DNA of 64,000 nucleotides from Stylophora pistillata (Eukaryota): NCBI RefSeq assembly GCF_002571385.2, contig NW_019217814.1, positions 556,661 to 620,660 of the forward strand, read 5' to 3'. Shown piece by piece: positions 24,697 to 37,725 of this stretch (position 1 is its first letter; each line of letters starts with the position of its first letter). The notes under the pieces were generated by a model. It saw only the letters and a program-made list of their open reading frames with translations, ran no database searches and was not told where the DNA came from. The position numbers and the translations under genes were made by a program.

Positions 24697-26699
24697 TATA
24701 ATAATAATAATTATCAACTTTATTTAAAGAGGGTAAAACACATAACAGTATAAAACTGACAAACCAGTGGCCCTCTTAAAATATATTACAAATAACTATT
24801 GAAAAAGATTAAAAACTAATTAATTATGGAAAAAGATCAAGAGCTAAAATTCTAAAATTACAAAGTTTATAAAAACTATAAGATAAAATGTTCTAATCGT
24901 TTATAACTATTCTTAAAAAAATCTAACATGGCCTTCTTAAAACATTTGATAGTAGGTTTCATTCTTATGTCCAGTGGTAAGGTATTCCAGAGGCGTGAGG
25001 TCGATCCTGTGAAAGACCTACCTCCCTCTGACTCCCGTTTGAATCGGGGACAGACGAGGTTTAGTTGTCCATGTCTGCTTGATCTTTCATTTATGTCTGC
25101 ATTTCTTACGAGCATTTGGGACATATAAGGTGGACAGTCCCCAGACAATCGTTTGTACACCATTAGTGACCTATTTACTTTTGCCTCATGAAAGAATGGA
25201 ACCCAATCCAATTTCCTAAACAGTTGTACGCTATTCGCTTTAGTGTCAGCTCCGAGAATTACACGTGCCGCGCGTTTCTGAAGTTTAAAGACTTTCTGCA
25301 AATTCTCAGCAGAACAAGATGTCCATATGGTTGATGCATAAAGCATTGTCTGCTTGATCATAGCATTATAATAAAGTTTCCTTTGATCAATGGGCAAAAA
25401 GCGTCTTATTTTTCGCAGCACGGCAATTCTCTGCGATAACTTCGTGCATAGATTTTCGACATGTTGGTCGAAAGTAAGCTGGCTGTCAATCGTGACACCT
25501 AATAGTTTATGCGAGTTCACTTGTTCAAGTTCAGTAGAATTAACGTTTAACTGCAGGGTGGACTGTTCCATTTTCTTGGCTAACCGTTTACCAGTGACAA
25601 GCATAGATTTGGTTTTGGTTTCATTAAGGATCATTCTGTTGTCAGCTGACCAATTCAAGATTTCATCAATATCCGTCTGAAGGCCGACCGAGATATCATT
25701 AGGAGCCGTCGTATAATGGGTGGAGTAGCTAATAGTTGTGTCGTCAGCATAAATATCAGCCACGGAGTGCTGAAGTGTTGCAGGTAGATCATTAATAAAA
25801 ACAAGGAACAAGATTGGACCTAATATGCTGCCTTGTGGGACTCCCAATGTTAAGGCCCTTTGGGTAGAATGGTGTCCGTCTATATTCACATACTGGGGTC
25901 TGCCACTCAGATAGTCTCGGAACAGGGGTAGACTGCTCTCACCCACTCCAAGAGCCTTCAATTTTGACAATAGTAGGTTATGGTCAATCAGGTCAAACGC
26001 CTTCTTGTAGTCAATAAAAACAAGTCCAGTGGCTTTATCATTGTCAAGGTTAAACAGTAACTGGTCTACCAATCGAATAAGCGCAGTTTCAGTGGAGTGC
26101 GATTCTCTAAACCCTGACTGGAGAGGGTGGAATAAGTCATTCTCTTTCAAGAAGTTAACTAGGTATTCACAGATGTGTTTCTCCAGCACTTTCGAAAGAA
26201 TAGGGAGCACAGAGATCGGTCTATAGTTATTCTTTTCATTCCTACTGCCGTTTCCTTTAAAAACAGGGGTAACTTTTGCGATCTTCCAGGCATTAGGGAA
26301 GATCTGTGTAGACAGGCAGTGGTTCAGTAACTTCGTCAGCGATGGAGCAATTGCTGGAGCTGCAATTCTTAGTATTTTGGCGCTGATGCCGTCATCTCCG
26401 GTGGCCTTATGGGTTGGGATAGATAACAGTAACTCTACAACTCTCTTCTGAGTTATTCTTGGAAGGTCAAAAGCACTATTGCCTTGACTGATAGAAGTCA
26501 TCGTTGGGGGGTCAGTCAGCGAGCCAAGCCCAAGTGCAGCAACCAGTTTCTTCGGTTGATCAACAAAAAACGAGTTTAGTATCTCAGCAATGCTTTGCTT
26601 ATCCGAGATATTTATCTCGTTTTCAACAAGTTCCTTTATGCCGTTCTCAGCCCCTTTGTCGTCCTTCGAAAGACACTTGATTAGATTCCAAAGTTTCCT
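24697..26699 (-). mobile_element. CR1/L2-clade LINE with an open RT and intact 3' end; 5' part lost in gap
   Basis: Uninterrupted ORF 24876-26699 with [37 protein letters not shown] and LWNTLP. The 3' UTR ends in (TTA)n at about 24697-24712. Confidence 0.95.
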
Positions 26700-27274
26700 N
26701 NNNNNNNNNNNNNNNNNNNNNNNNNNNNNNNNNNNNNNNNNNNNNNNNNNNNNNNNNNNNNNNNNNNNNNNNNNNNNNNNNNNNNNNNNNNNNNNNNNNN
26801 NNNNNNNNNNNNNNNNNNNNNNNNNNNNNNNNNNNNNNNNNNNNNNNNNNNNNNNNNNNNNNNNNNNNNNNNNNNNNNNNNNNNNNNNNNNNNNNNNNNN
26901 NNNNNNNNNNNNNNNNNNNNNNNNNNNNNNNNNNNNNNNNNNNNNNNNNNNNNNNNNNNNNNNNNNNNNNNNNNNNNNNNNNNNNNNNNGGAAGTTGTGA
27001 TGAAATAGGAAACAACTCATCAATTAGGGACCTTATTAAATCATGCTCTTCACAGTTTCTCAGTTTTTTCTATCGCTGTTTAATATCAATCCCTTCAAGC
27101 TAATCCTCTTAGCTTAGACCACGAATTAAGCTTTCAAGAAATTAACAAAGGATCACTTTTGAGCTACTAACATGTGCCATGTATGTAGAAACCGCGTGCA
27201 TCTGGACGACTCCAACTCAACCTTCCCCCAGTCCCACTTAAACCCTCTAATTGATTGGCGTAAATTGTAAATTG

Positions 27275-30233
27275 TCACTGGACCAAAATGTAACACATGA
27301 CTGTGGCGGTCTTAGACTCGCCGCATGTTTTACCAGAGCTTATACCAAAGCCGATAACAGAATCACAAGTACGGCAGTCGTCTTCGTTGTTTCCAAGGAT
27401 ACCGATTCTTGCTTTAAAATGTGATCCTTGACTGTTTGCATTAAACCCTTCTTTGTTGCAATTTGGCTGCAGATATACCCCTGAACCAGCTAACTCTTTC
27501 CACTTGTTCCGACCCAGTGAAGTGGCCCGATACTGGCCATCAGCAATCAGAGAGTGAAGAGAGTCAGCCTGCCTGTTGATAACAGTGAACTTCAACTGTT
27601 CGCTGACCCGCATACCAAGGCAGATCTTGGAGAAGGGTGTGTTCCAGTAGGTCGGTAATTTGGTCTCTTCTGAATCGAACCCACTCCCTCCGCCAGAAGG
27701 ATTGTATTCATCAGTGTCAGTCCAATATCTCGAATCGTAGCGGAATGTATTCTGCAAAATTGTTGTCGTGAAGAGTTCAAATAAAAAGCAAATCAAGAGG
27801 AGCAAATAGTGGAATTATTTGGGCTGATATGCTGGGCCTGTGTGATCCCATATGTTACGTGGATCATTTGTCGCAAGAACTGAAAAATTCCAAAGAGGAG
27901 CACGAAGCTTAGCGACCTCTTATTATCTATCGCCTGGAACAAAGGGCGGATTCTCCAGGGGGAGAATTTTGGGGGATTACATGGTATTAGGGTGATCGGA
28001 AGGGGTATCAGCTGTCGATACAGGTTATAAAGGAGGCGGGGGGCTATAAAAAAATTAACTGTTGATGTCATACACTACAGAGCCTAAGAAAGGTCAGGTA
28101 ATTGTGGCATAACCAAAATCCTCCGACCCACCCCTCCACCCCTCGGGCGATAAATTATGGTAAAAGTAAACAACCAGAAACCATTTTTAGGTAAGTTTAC
28201 GTTGAAAATTCAGGGGTATGACTAATCAAGTTCAAGAGACACTCGAACATAGCTGCACAACAAGGTCAATAAATCATAAGGCCAAGTAGAAAATCTCGTG
28301 TTTTTAAATTTTAAGATACAATTTTCCTCTTCTCTCCCCCGTTTGTGTTCCTTTTGTATTCACACGCGGTGCACGTGATTTCACAAATTAGTTAATCACG
28401 TCAAAGAACTTTAACCTTGATACTGAAAACTGACGTGCACATTTTTCTCGCGTGTATTTTTGTTGTTTTGTTTTACGGAGTTGTAGTTTAGTAGTCGTTC
28501 ATATAAATGTGTTTTTCCTTTGTTTTAAGTTTTAAGAAGTTTCTTTAATTTTAGCAAAATGTTGTGGTTTATTTAACAAGTGCCATTAATTTAATTATCA
28601 CATATTTTCTACGGAGTTTCGACTCTAACCCCTTTTTTCGTAAGTGGATTTTTTACTGGCCATGCATTGGCAGATTCTGTGAAGAATTTAGTAAGAACTG
28701 ATCAGCTAAAGTTATAATATACCATGTTGCCATCAATCTTCATAACTGGTGTCCAACCTCCATCTCCACATCCAAAATCTCCCATTTGACAGAGAACGGA
28801 GGCTGTTGTCGAATTTCGGAAGTACAAGGTAACTAACTCGCTGGCGTTCGACCTGTGCAACGAAACAGATTCTGAAAAAAACATGCAACTGCATTTGCCC
28901 CAAAATCTATTCGATCTAATAATTCTTCAATTGAAGTGTAGTTCTACGCATTATGAATTCCAAGAAACTGGCTCTGGGGATTTCATTGAATGAAGATTAT
29001 TGAGAAATATGGGGAGGATTTCTGACGTAAAACTCCACGCATCATCTCATCAACAGATTGCCTCATCTAAAGTAGGGTCTAACTATATCAGTGACTACAT
29101 CCCAATCTAGGGTCTTCGATGAAAACGAATTCCTTGTTTTCTCTCTCGTCATTCGTGTAAAAGAAGTTCCAACTTACTTGTAGAAACTGTACGTATCTTT
29201 ACAAGACTCAAGGCCTAAGTATGAGTTAAAAGATCATACGTTACAAATGATGTTTTCGGCAGCAGTGATAGAAATTTTGCTACTGTCCTCAACCTTAGTT
29301 TGCCTGACACCGTAAGAATATTTAACAATTACCCTTTACAGTGGATATACAGTGCTGTATCAAACGAGTTCGTCAAAGAAAGCCTTTGATAATTTTCGGT
29401 TGGGTAAGAGGTCAGTTGTAGCTGACCGACACATAGACTGGCCATGCTGTACTTAATGTACCAAAAGCGAACTGCTCCTGGATTAAAGAAATCCCTGTGA
29501 CAGACAGCCAAATTTATTGCGAGCAAATGTTAGGCAAACCTAGCAAATGTGAGTAACGTCTAACCTTTCTCGCAGAAGTCTCCAATGAAGCCTTTCTTAC
29601 ACAGGCATTCAAAGGTGCCACTGTTGTAATTTGGTACACAGGTCCCTTCATTTTGGCATGGCGAGGAAGAACAGGAAGTCTGAGGAGAAGAGGAACCGTT
29701 TAATAGTTAAAGAATTATAACATATCAACGTAAAAGTGGGTCTATTTCAAGTAAAATTTCACACGCATAGTAGATCCTTCTGCTTAACAGAGGATGCGCA
29801 CTATTATTACACTATAGACTAAAGAGTGAGGTTTGGAATTAAATTTGAGGCGCTCCCTCGCAGGCTCAGGCCTTACAAAAATCTTTAAGGCCTCTTAAAT
29901 ACTTAACATAGACCATGGACGACCTCTTAACAAGATCAGTTACCTTAATAACGAAATGATGGGAACTTTTGTTTTCACTGTATTTCGTGAAGTTTCTGTA
30001 TTTGTCGGAGGGAAGTAACTCGCACCAAAACTTTCCATCATGATCGAATCCTTTAGATGAAGCAAGGTTCACAGAAAGACACGCTGGATGGCTAAGACAT
30101 TTAAAGATACATTCAAAACTGTCGTCCACTCTGTTTGTACCGATTTTTGAAACATCCAGATAACCAAGTTCTCCTCTCATAAAGAGCTGCTGTCGAGTGG
30201 TTCGTGGAGCAGAGCAGATATCCTTGTGGAATC
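27275..30233 (-). CDS. PAN/apple + EGF + fibrinogen-C-like protein, USOMP5-like (copy B; first exon not securely located)
   Basis: Exons 29944-30233, 29565-29679, 29178-29214, 28723-28852, 27275-27751. Phases are the same as copy A and the last four exons have the same sizes (115/37/130/477 nt). Introns also align. Confidence 0.8.
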
Positions 30234-31410
30234 CTGCGTAAGGTGAAATTAAGTATAGTATCATACAAACTATTCTGATAAAATATTTAGCACTGGCGAA
30301 CCGACTATTACATCCTGTCTAGTCAACGGAAGCTCATACCTGGCTTCTTGGTAGGACGCTGAAAAAACTTACGAAACAGGTGATTGAATTTCTGATGAGA
30401 AACGTGTTCCCAACGTTATCTAATGTTAAATAAGCAGAGCCAGTCTGGTTTTTAGAAATTTATTGTTATTTATTGTTAAATAAATAATACGTTAGATCGA
30501 TAAAAGTTGAAAGATGAATTATTAATTGACTAAGAACTGCAGCAAAAATGAATCATTGATTGAATAAACACTGAAAAATAAAAATGAAATGAGATTGGTC
30601 TGGCCATTACATGTTGGTCTCAATTTGGATCTGTGAAGTTCCTTTACAGGGTTCGCCTAAATAAATGTTACAAGCTATTTTTTTTATACAAGTTTCGTTA
30701 CTTTTAACTAGGTTAATAAACTTATGCCGATTCCGTCGGGGATCAATTGAAAAAAGTTAGCTGATCGTCAACCATAACTTAGTAAATCAAAGGTATATGA
30801 ACCACACTAGCAAACTTTTGCCGAAACACTGACGTTTCGCGCCCCTGAGGCTCCGAGAAAAAGCTGATCCCCGAAATGTCAGCGTTTTTAAACTTTCTCA
30901 CGGTGGTAGTCTGCCTTTTCACAGGACTGCATATACTAACCTTGACAAGACGCTGCCTTGAGGATCAGTTCAGACGAGATAAATAAAACAGAATAAAAAA
31001 GTGAAAAATGCATGGCGATGGCCCGTGGATGAACCATCGAGATTTTTGAGACGAAAATATTAATTCACCGTCGATTCTCTCTCAAAAATTGACGCTGTTG
31101 TCGTTGAAACATTTCGTTGTTCCTGTTGATTTTGATTGACCAATCCGGGTAGGTGATTTGACACCAGCTGCTAACTACGTTTTGATAATTTTACAAACAA
31201 ACCCACTGAAGATTACTATTTCAGCTTAAATATATTAAAATGCTAATGCATTCACACGAAAAACACGCCCATGTCAAATAATGTCACAGAAAGCGATAGA
31301 CATTTCATCCTGCGGGAAATGATGCAAAATATCTTTTAAAGAACAGTTCTAAGGGTGGACAACGCTATACACTGGATAATATTTATCCGTTGGGTAGTGC
31401 AGTACATATA

Positions 31411-31557
31411 TCTTATTAACCAAGCGCGAGGGCCGTACTGGGAGAATACCGGCCCGAGGTCTTGACAGTACGGACCGAGCGAAGCGAGGTCCGTACAAAA
31501 AAGACCGAGGGCCGATATTCTTCCAGTACGGTCCCGAGCAAGCTTGGTTAATAAGAG
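31411..31557. mobile_element. Short fold-back non-autonomous element
   Basis: Perfect inverted pair TCTTATTAACCAAGC / GCTTGGTTAATAAGA with nested internal palindromes. A related start lies at about 34165. Confidence 0.75.
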
Positions 31558-32307
31558 ATTTATTACAGGACTGAAGTTCAAAGGGACACAAGTGCGGTAT
31601 CATTCGGGACCATTCGGGACAGTGCCCGGTCCAATACTGAGAGAATATTGCCCGGCAATAGAGCATTTTGATTGGTTGATTTTAGTTATTGGCCCTCACA
31701 CTTCCCGAGTCGTGTCATAAGTATGTTTACACCTGTCGAGTGTGTTATCCGCCCTTCGAACAACTGGGCCATGAAGTTGTTACTACGGCCCTCTACAGCT
31801 CGTAGAAGAGAAGTAGCTTCCCGGCATATGATTTCTTTTTGTCATGTTAATTTGTAGAAAAGACAGACAATGCAAAAAGGGGTTAGGGACCGCTTAAAAG
31901 TCATCGCCCGAGGGGAGGGGGGCGGGGTAGGAACATTTTGATTGTTTCACTATACAATCTTCCTGATCCCCACGCACTGTGCTGTTTGTGTCTTATTTTT
32001 GATCAAATTACGATGGCCCAAGAACAAAAGTATTTACGATATTGTATAATCCTCCTGATTGGCTGTTAATTGGCAGTCGATTTGCCATGTATCGCCTATA
32101 TACTCTAATGGTGACCACTGATCCCCCTCCATTTACCATTCTCCGTTCTATGTGACCCCCCAACCCAAGAAAAAAATCCCCTTCTCCCCTCTCTCCCTTA
32201 GTCCAGAAATTATGCCGGATTGTTCCCTCTCCCCTCTCTCTACCCGGATTCAGGCCTGTACTTGAGTCAGCAGTAACTCTTACTAATAGATACTTGGTCA
32301 TGTAAGA

Positions 32308-35300
32308 ATGGCATTTTGTGCTCTCAAGTCCTTCGAGGATTCTTTCATTTGCAAAATGCCCTTTATTTTGAATATACGAACTCTTGCAGCCCCTCTCACT
32401 AAGAAAATACAATGCGGAAGACTGTTATTCGCCGCATGTCTTCACAACAAAGCGGACACGGAAGGAGATAAGATCCAGTTGTTCAACAACGCGTACCCCC
32501 GAGACTCCATGACTAACATCACTCCAAGCATTTTGTCCAAAGTCGGACGAAACCTGCACCTTTGCAAAAATCATCCACTGAGCGTTTTAAGAGAACGAGT
32601 CCAGGAGCATGTTTATGCCGACTACAGAAATCGCTGGGGTGGCCCTATGTTTACAATGGTGGATAATTTGTCTCCCGTTGTCACGGTGGAACAGAACTTT
32701 GATAGTTTGCTTGTTCCAAAAGATCACGTTAGCCGAGCGAAGAATGATAACTATTACATAAACTCTGAGTACTTGCTTCGCGCTCACACTTCTGCGCATC
32801 AAAGGGACTTGATTAAAACTGGACTGGATGCTTTTCTTGTTACGGGTGATGTTTACAGGCGGGATGAAATCGACACGTGTCATTACCCAGTGTTTCATCA
32901 GATGGAAGGAGTCAGGTTATTTTCACAGCACGAGCTGTTTTCGCAATATGAGGTGAATATCTCTTCGTAACCAAACTACCAGGGGGTGAGGGGGGGGAGA
33001 TACTCGGGTTAATTTTAGGGGGGGTATGTCATCTCGCTTTTTAGAGCCCTCTTTTCATTACAGTATATTATGTGGCCAACTATAGACCCTATCTCAGTCA
33101 CATTGGGGCAAATGAAATTTTTGCAATCCCAATGGTAATATGTTTTTAATTGCAAATCATCCCCATTTTTAAACCCCAACTAACCAGAATTTTCTTACCT
33201 CAAAATCCCAAAAATGAGTGATCCATTCTAGATACAGCCACATTACAGTCAATCCAGTCTTGAAAATGTAACTCCATCCAGCAGCACATCCACATTGGCC
33301 TATGTACATAACCCTAACCATTTGGGTGATTACAGATATGTATAAACCCTTTGATTATACAAAGATTGCAAGACATTCGATTAAATATCTACCTAGTTTA
33401 TCTGCTGATTATAATAATAAAAGCACAATGATTGCTCTGAACCCCTCTATTCTCATCTGATTCAATCAGTAATTGCCCCCCCCCCCTACTGACTATCATA
33501 CATTTCCTTTTTAATCAAATTAAAAGAATCTGGTCGTATATCAGGACAACATCCCCTAGCTAATAGACTTGTCATTTCTCAAAGTCTGTTTATAGGTTAA
33601 CATATTGAACTTGCAAGGAGAGTGAAATTCACACAATCTGGAGAAGCAAAGAAATGAAACAAAATGCAGTGTTCTGATAATCATCCAAGTAATTTACCAT
33701 AACAACTAATAACTTTCCATACAATAAGTGAATAATGTAGAATATCCCTCAGAAAAATTGAATGGATCATGAGCACTTCACCTTCAACAAATATATTCCC
33801 CACCCTTACACCCTTAAAAGATGTTTGCCTCACCACTGGTGCAATGTTTTCATAACTTCTCTGCAAGGAGCCATTGGAGATGTTTGATCAAAGCAGAACC
33901 AAGACCCCAGAAAAACAAGCTGCACATTCTTTGGAGGCAGTAAAGCTTGTTGAGTCCAGTCTCAAGCAAACACTAGTCAAGATTGTTGAACACCTGTGTG
34001 GAGAGGGAGTGGAAATGCGTTGGGTTGATGCCTTCTTTCCTTTCACCCATCCTTCCTGGGAATTGGAAGTTAATTTTGAAGGTGAATGGTTGGAGCTTCT
34101 TGGGTGTGGTGTGATGGCACAGGAGATACTGGTCAATGGTAAGTTAAGTAGATAAATATTTAGTTCTTATTAACCAAGCAGGAGGTCTGTATGGGAGAAT
34201 CTTGACCGAGGTCGCTAGTAGTCTCGAGACCGGTCTAGGTGCCGGTCTAGATGGGAAAATCTAGACCGCTTTCAATATTGATTTCAGCCAATCAAATTCG
34301 TGAATTCGGTAGGTCCCAGTCCTTGTGAGACACAGCCATTTAATAAAAATTTTTGGAAATTAGCACTGATGCATTCATTCATTTGTCCACCATTTCAAAG
34401 TTGAATTGGAATTTGGAATGATGGTTTTTGGGGAGGGAGAAAACCAGAGAATCAAGTGGAAAACCCTTGGACAATTGAACAAAAACTGACATATTATATT
34501 CAATATTTCCTAACCCATTTTTAGTTTTGTGTTAATGATTGATAATTAAACTTCCTTACCTGTAATATTTTCACCACCATTATCATTACAGATGAAACAA
34601 TTTTTAGTGTAATAGAGCATCCGACTAGATCACGGAGGGTCGTGGGTTCAAGTCCCATCTGGGGCTCGGATTTTTTCTATTATCATTACATTGATTTTAT
34701 ATTTTTGGATGTGTTTATTACCATAGTTTCTTGGTTATAAGGCACAGGTTTTTTTTTTTAAGAAAATTGTCTTCAGCTGGAAAGTTAGTGCTGAAATTGG
34801 GGTGCATCTTATAGCCATGTATTTTTGCACAACAAAATCTTAAGATCACACTTTTAGTAGACTTTTTTAGATCTGATGGTTCTGAAAGAACCGTTTCTCA
34901 TACAGCCTCCATCAAATGACCACAAAACAACTCCCATATGAGCAGAGCCTTTTGGTCTGAGGGGTAGGGAAGATTGCGTAGAATCCACTCCTTTATTCCC
35001 ATGAATTAAAAAGGAATACCGGTACTGCTTTTTGAACACTAATCAGCTTCCATAGAAAAGTAAACATGATATCCATGTATATGTATACATGTGGACCAGT
35101 GGTTTGTAAGCTGAACTCCTGGATAAGAGGTTTGGGTTGAAGACCTGGTGTGGTCAATGTGTTGTGTTCTTGGGTGGAACCCTTTACTCCCACAGTGTTC
35201 TCTCCACGCTGGGGTAGCTGTAGGTACCATCCAATTGTCAGGGAAATTTGATGAAATGCTGGGGAAGGGAACCTTGCAAAGTTAAGGACTGGCATCCCAT

Positions 35301-36535
35301 TCAGGGGAAGTACTGTCATACTTCTTGTAGCTTTATACCAAGGAGACTAGGATAACATTCAGCTGGATGGGTCACTTGGCTTGTAGACAGACTTAACCTT
35401 CACTTATCTAGTTAAATATTTCTTTTAACTTAAAAGTATAAATTACTGTGAAGGAAAGTTAGATGTTTTATCAGATTTTATACAATTACCATGTAATTGA
35501 GATGCCCTATTTCATTTACAGGTGGAGCTGAACACAAGATAGGTTGGGCATTTGGTATTGGACTTGAGCGTTTGGCCATGAGGCTTTTTAACATCCCCGA
35601 TATTCGGCTGTTTTGGAGTGATGATCCAAGATTCCTTTCTCAGTTTGAGGGAAACAAAGTTGTTGAGTTCAAGCCATTTAGCAAGTACCCACCTACTTAC
35701 AAGGATGTGGCGTTTTGGATTCGTGAAGACTTCTCTCCAAACAACCTGTTTGATGTGGTACGTGGGGTGGCTGGTGACATAGTAGAAAAGGTGAGGGACT
35801 GGAGAGGAAAAGGCTCCTTATGTAGGGAAGGTAATGAGAGAAAGGGTCCAATAATTGAATTTCTTCTATCACAAATGCTGTAATCTGATTGGCTGTGGTA
35901 CTCTTCATCTATACTGTGATAAATGGTGAGCAAAGTGAAATGCCGGCCTACTAGTGTAGGTTGTAATCAAAATGAAATAAAAACAGAAGCCTTATAAGTT
36001 TTTCATATCTTATAGATTTATACTAAAACAGTCAGATGATTTGCTAGCAATTTCTATTGATAATAGTTGATTGGGGTTTTGCTCTCCACTGCTGTCTTGA
36101 TAGACATCTTGTGCTTATAATTTAATTTTTAAAAACTGTAGAGTCATCTTCTGGAAGTCAACATACCTGTTAATCTCAGAAATGTAGTGGTGCCATGTGT
36201 GGTTAGTGTGCCAAACTCTGGATGAAAAGATGTGATTTTTAAGCCTATGTCAGGGTCCCTCTGCTATGCTCTTGGGCAAGACAGTTTATTCTCTCAGTGC
36301 CTTTTGCTATCCAGCTTTGTAAGTACCTTTATGATGAAGACCCCTAAGCCTGATTGCTTTGTTTCAGGTGGAGTTAGTGGATAAATTCTGCCATCCCAAG
36401 ACTCAGAGAGAGAGTCACTGCTACCGGATAACTTACAGGTCAATGGATAAGACTTTTACTGACGTTGAAATTAACAGCATCCAGGATGAGGTCAGGGAGG
36501 AAATTCAGAAGAGACTACTGGTAGAACTTAGATAG
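32308..36535 (+). CDS. FARS2: Phenylalanine--tRNA ligase, mitochondrial (about 450 aa)
   Basis: Exons 32308-32952, 33868-34138, 35522-35790 and 36368-36535 in phase. Motifs [62 protein letters not shown], and a C-terminal anticodon-binding [11 protein letters not shown]. Confidence 0.97.
34591..34678 (+). mobile_element. Truncated tRNA-derived SINE head with 12-bp target-site duplication (FARS2 intron 2)
   Basis: B-box GGTTCAAGTCC. Flanked by ATTATCATTACA at 34579-34590 and 34679-34690. Confidence 0.75.
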
Positions 36536-37725
36536 ATTCCCCTTATCAACATGGCTGTCATCTTCAAATAGATGCCTGACCAAGCTGTGCTTTACCGCGC
36601 TCTTTGATTCCTCCAGAAAACGTTTGCCAACCTCTGACCCAATCAAATGAAAAACTTATTGTGATCACAGCCAATTTTCTGAGCTTGAAGCAGGTGCATC
36701 TACTTGAGTCCCCTTTGGCTCGTTGAGATACTCAATTCTGTTCTGATTGGCTCTTGTCATCACATTGTCCACATAAATTTAAGCAACTCATTTATTGCAC
36801 AGCGCTCTATCTGCACTCAAAGCTTGTTCACTCACGCAACCGTGTTGCAGTGAAATAGGTTTTAAATTTTATTTCCCGCTAAGTAGAAATCATAAACAAG
36901 TACAAGTGGATTTTAAGTACACTTTTTTCTCTAATAGATTGTTTCCAGATATTTAGAACCTGTTTAGTTATGAAATCCCCGAGAAAAACACACATTGTAT
37001 AGTTTCAGATACAGCTAATGCCTTATTGAGTTTGCATAACATTCCCATATTAGTGTAGTTCTATTGATCCTAAAAAAAGCAAAGTGGAATAAATTGTTTG
37101 ACAGTAAACCTCTGACAAAACTTAATTTGATCATCTTGTCAGTGAGGGAATTTTTTAGTTTACTGTACAGATAGGGAGGCAGAGAGAGAGAGAGCACCGA
37201 GAACCATGCTTTGAAAAATGCCCCTATGAATGTTTGAGACGATTCTAAAGAGATGACTCCCTTTGAATGTCGCATAAAAATTAGAAAATTCCCGAACCAT
37301 TCAGGCATTTTGTAATTCATAGTGAGAACGTCCATCGACTATCATTTAAACATGAAAAGTTTGTCTACTGAAAATTGTTCATTGTCTCTATGCGGATTCT
37401 GTTTCATTATTAACTTTTGGGTTCAATCTAAGCGCTTAGGTGTTTGTTTTCCCCGGCAAACTATCATTTGATGGGTCTAGAGGGCTGCTAAAATAACTAA
37501 GACAGTAGCATGTAGCTCCTTACAACTCAAAATTTTACTCGCTCTGAAAGAATTTCTTTACAAAATGAACACTGCCCGGAGTCTTCCGTCATTGATCAAA
37601 ATAACTCCTTTTGCAAATCCTAAGCCACTTCTTCAGAGCATGGTTTCGGATATCGATGTTAAATTTCCTCTGTACTCCACACGCAAATACCGAAGGGAAT
37701 TAAAAATTATCTGTTGGGAAATGAT

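Noticed and set aside
34600-34672. tRNA gene (also considered at 6012, 19117, 55659)
   Set aside because: A/B boxes are present but there is no complete cloverleaf. Each continues into SINE body or has a TSD.
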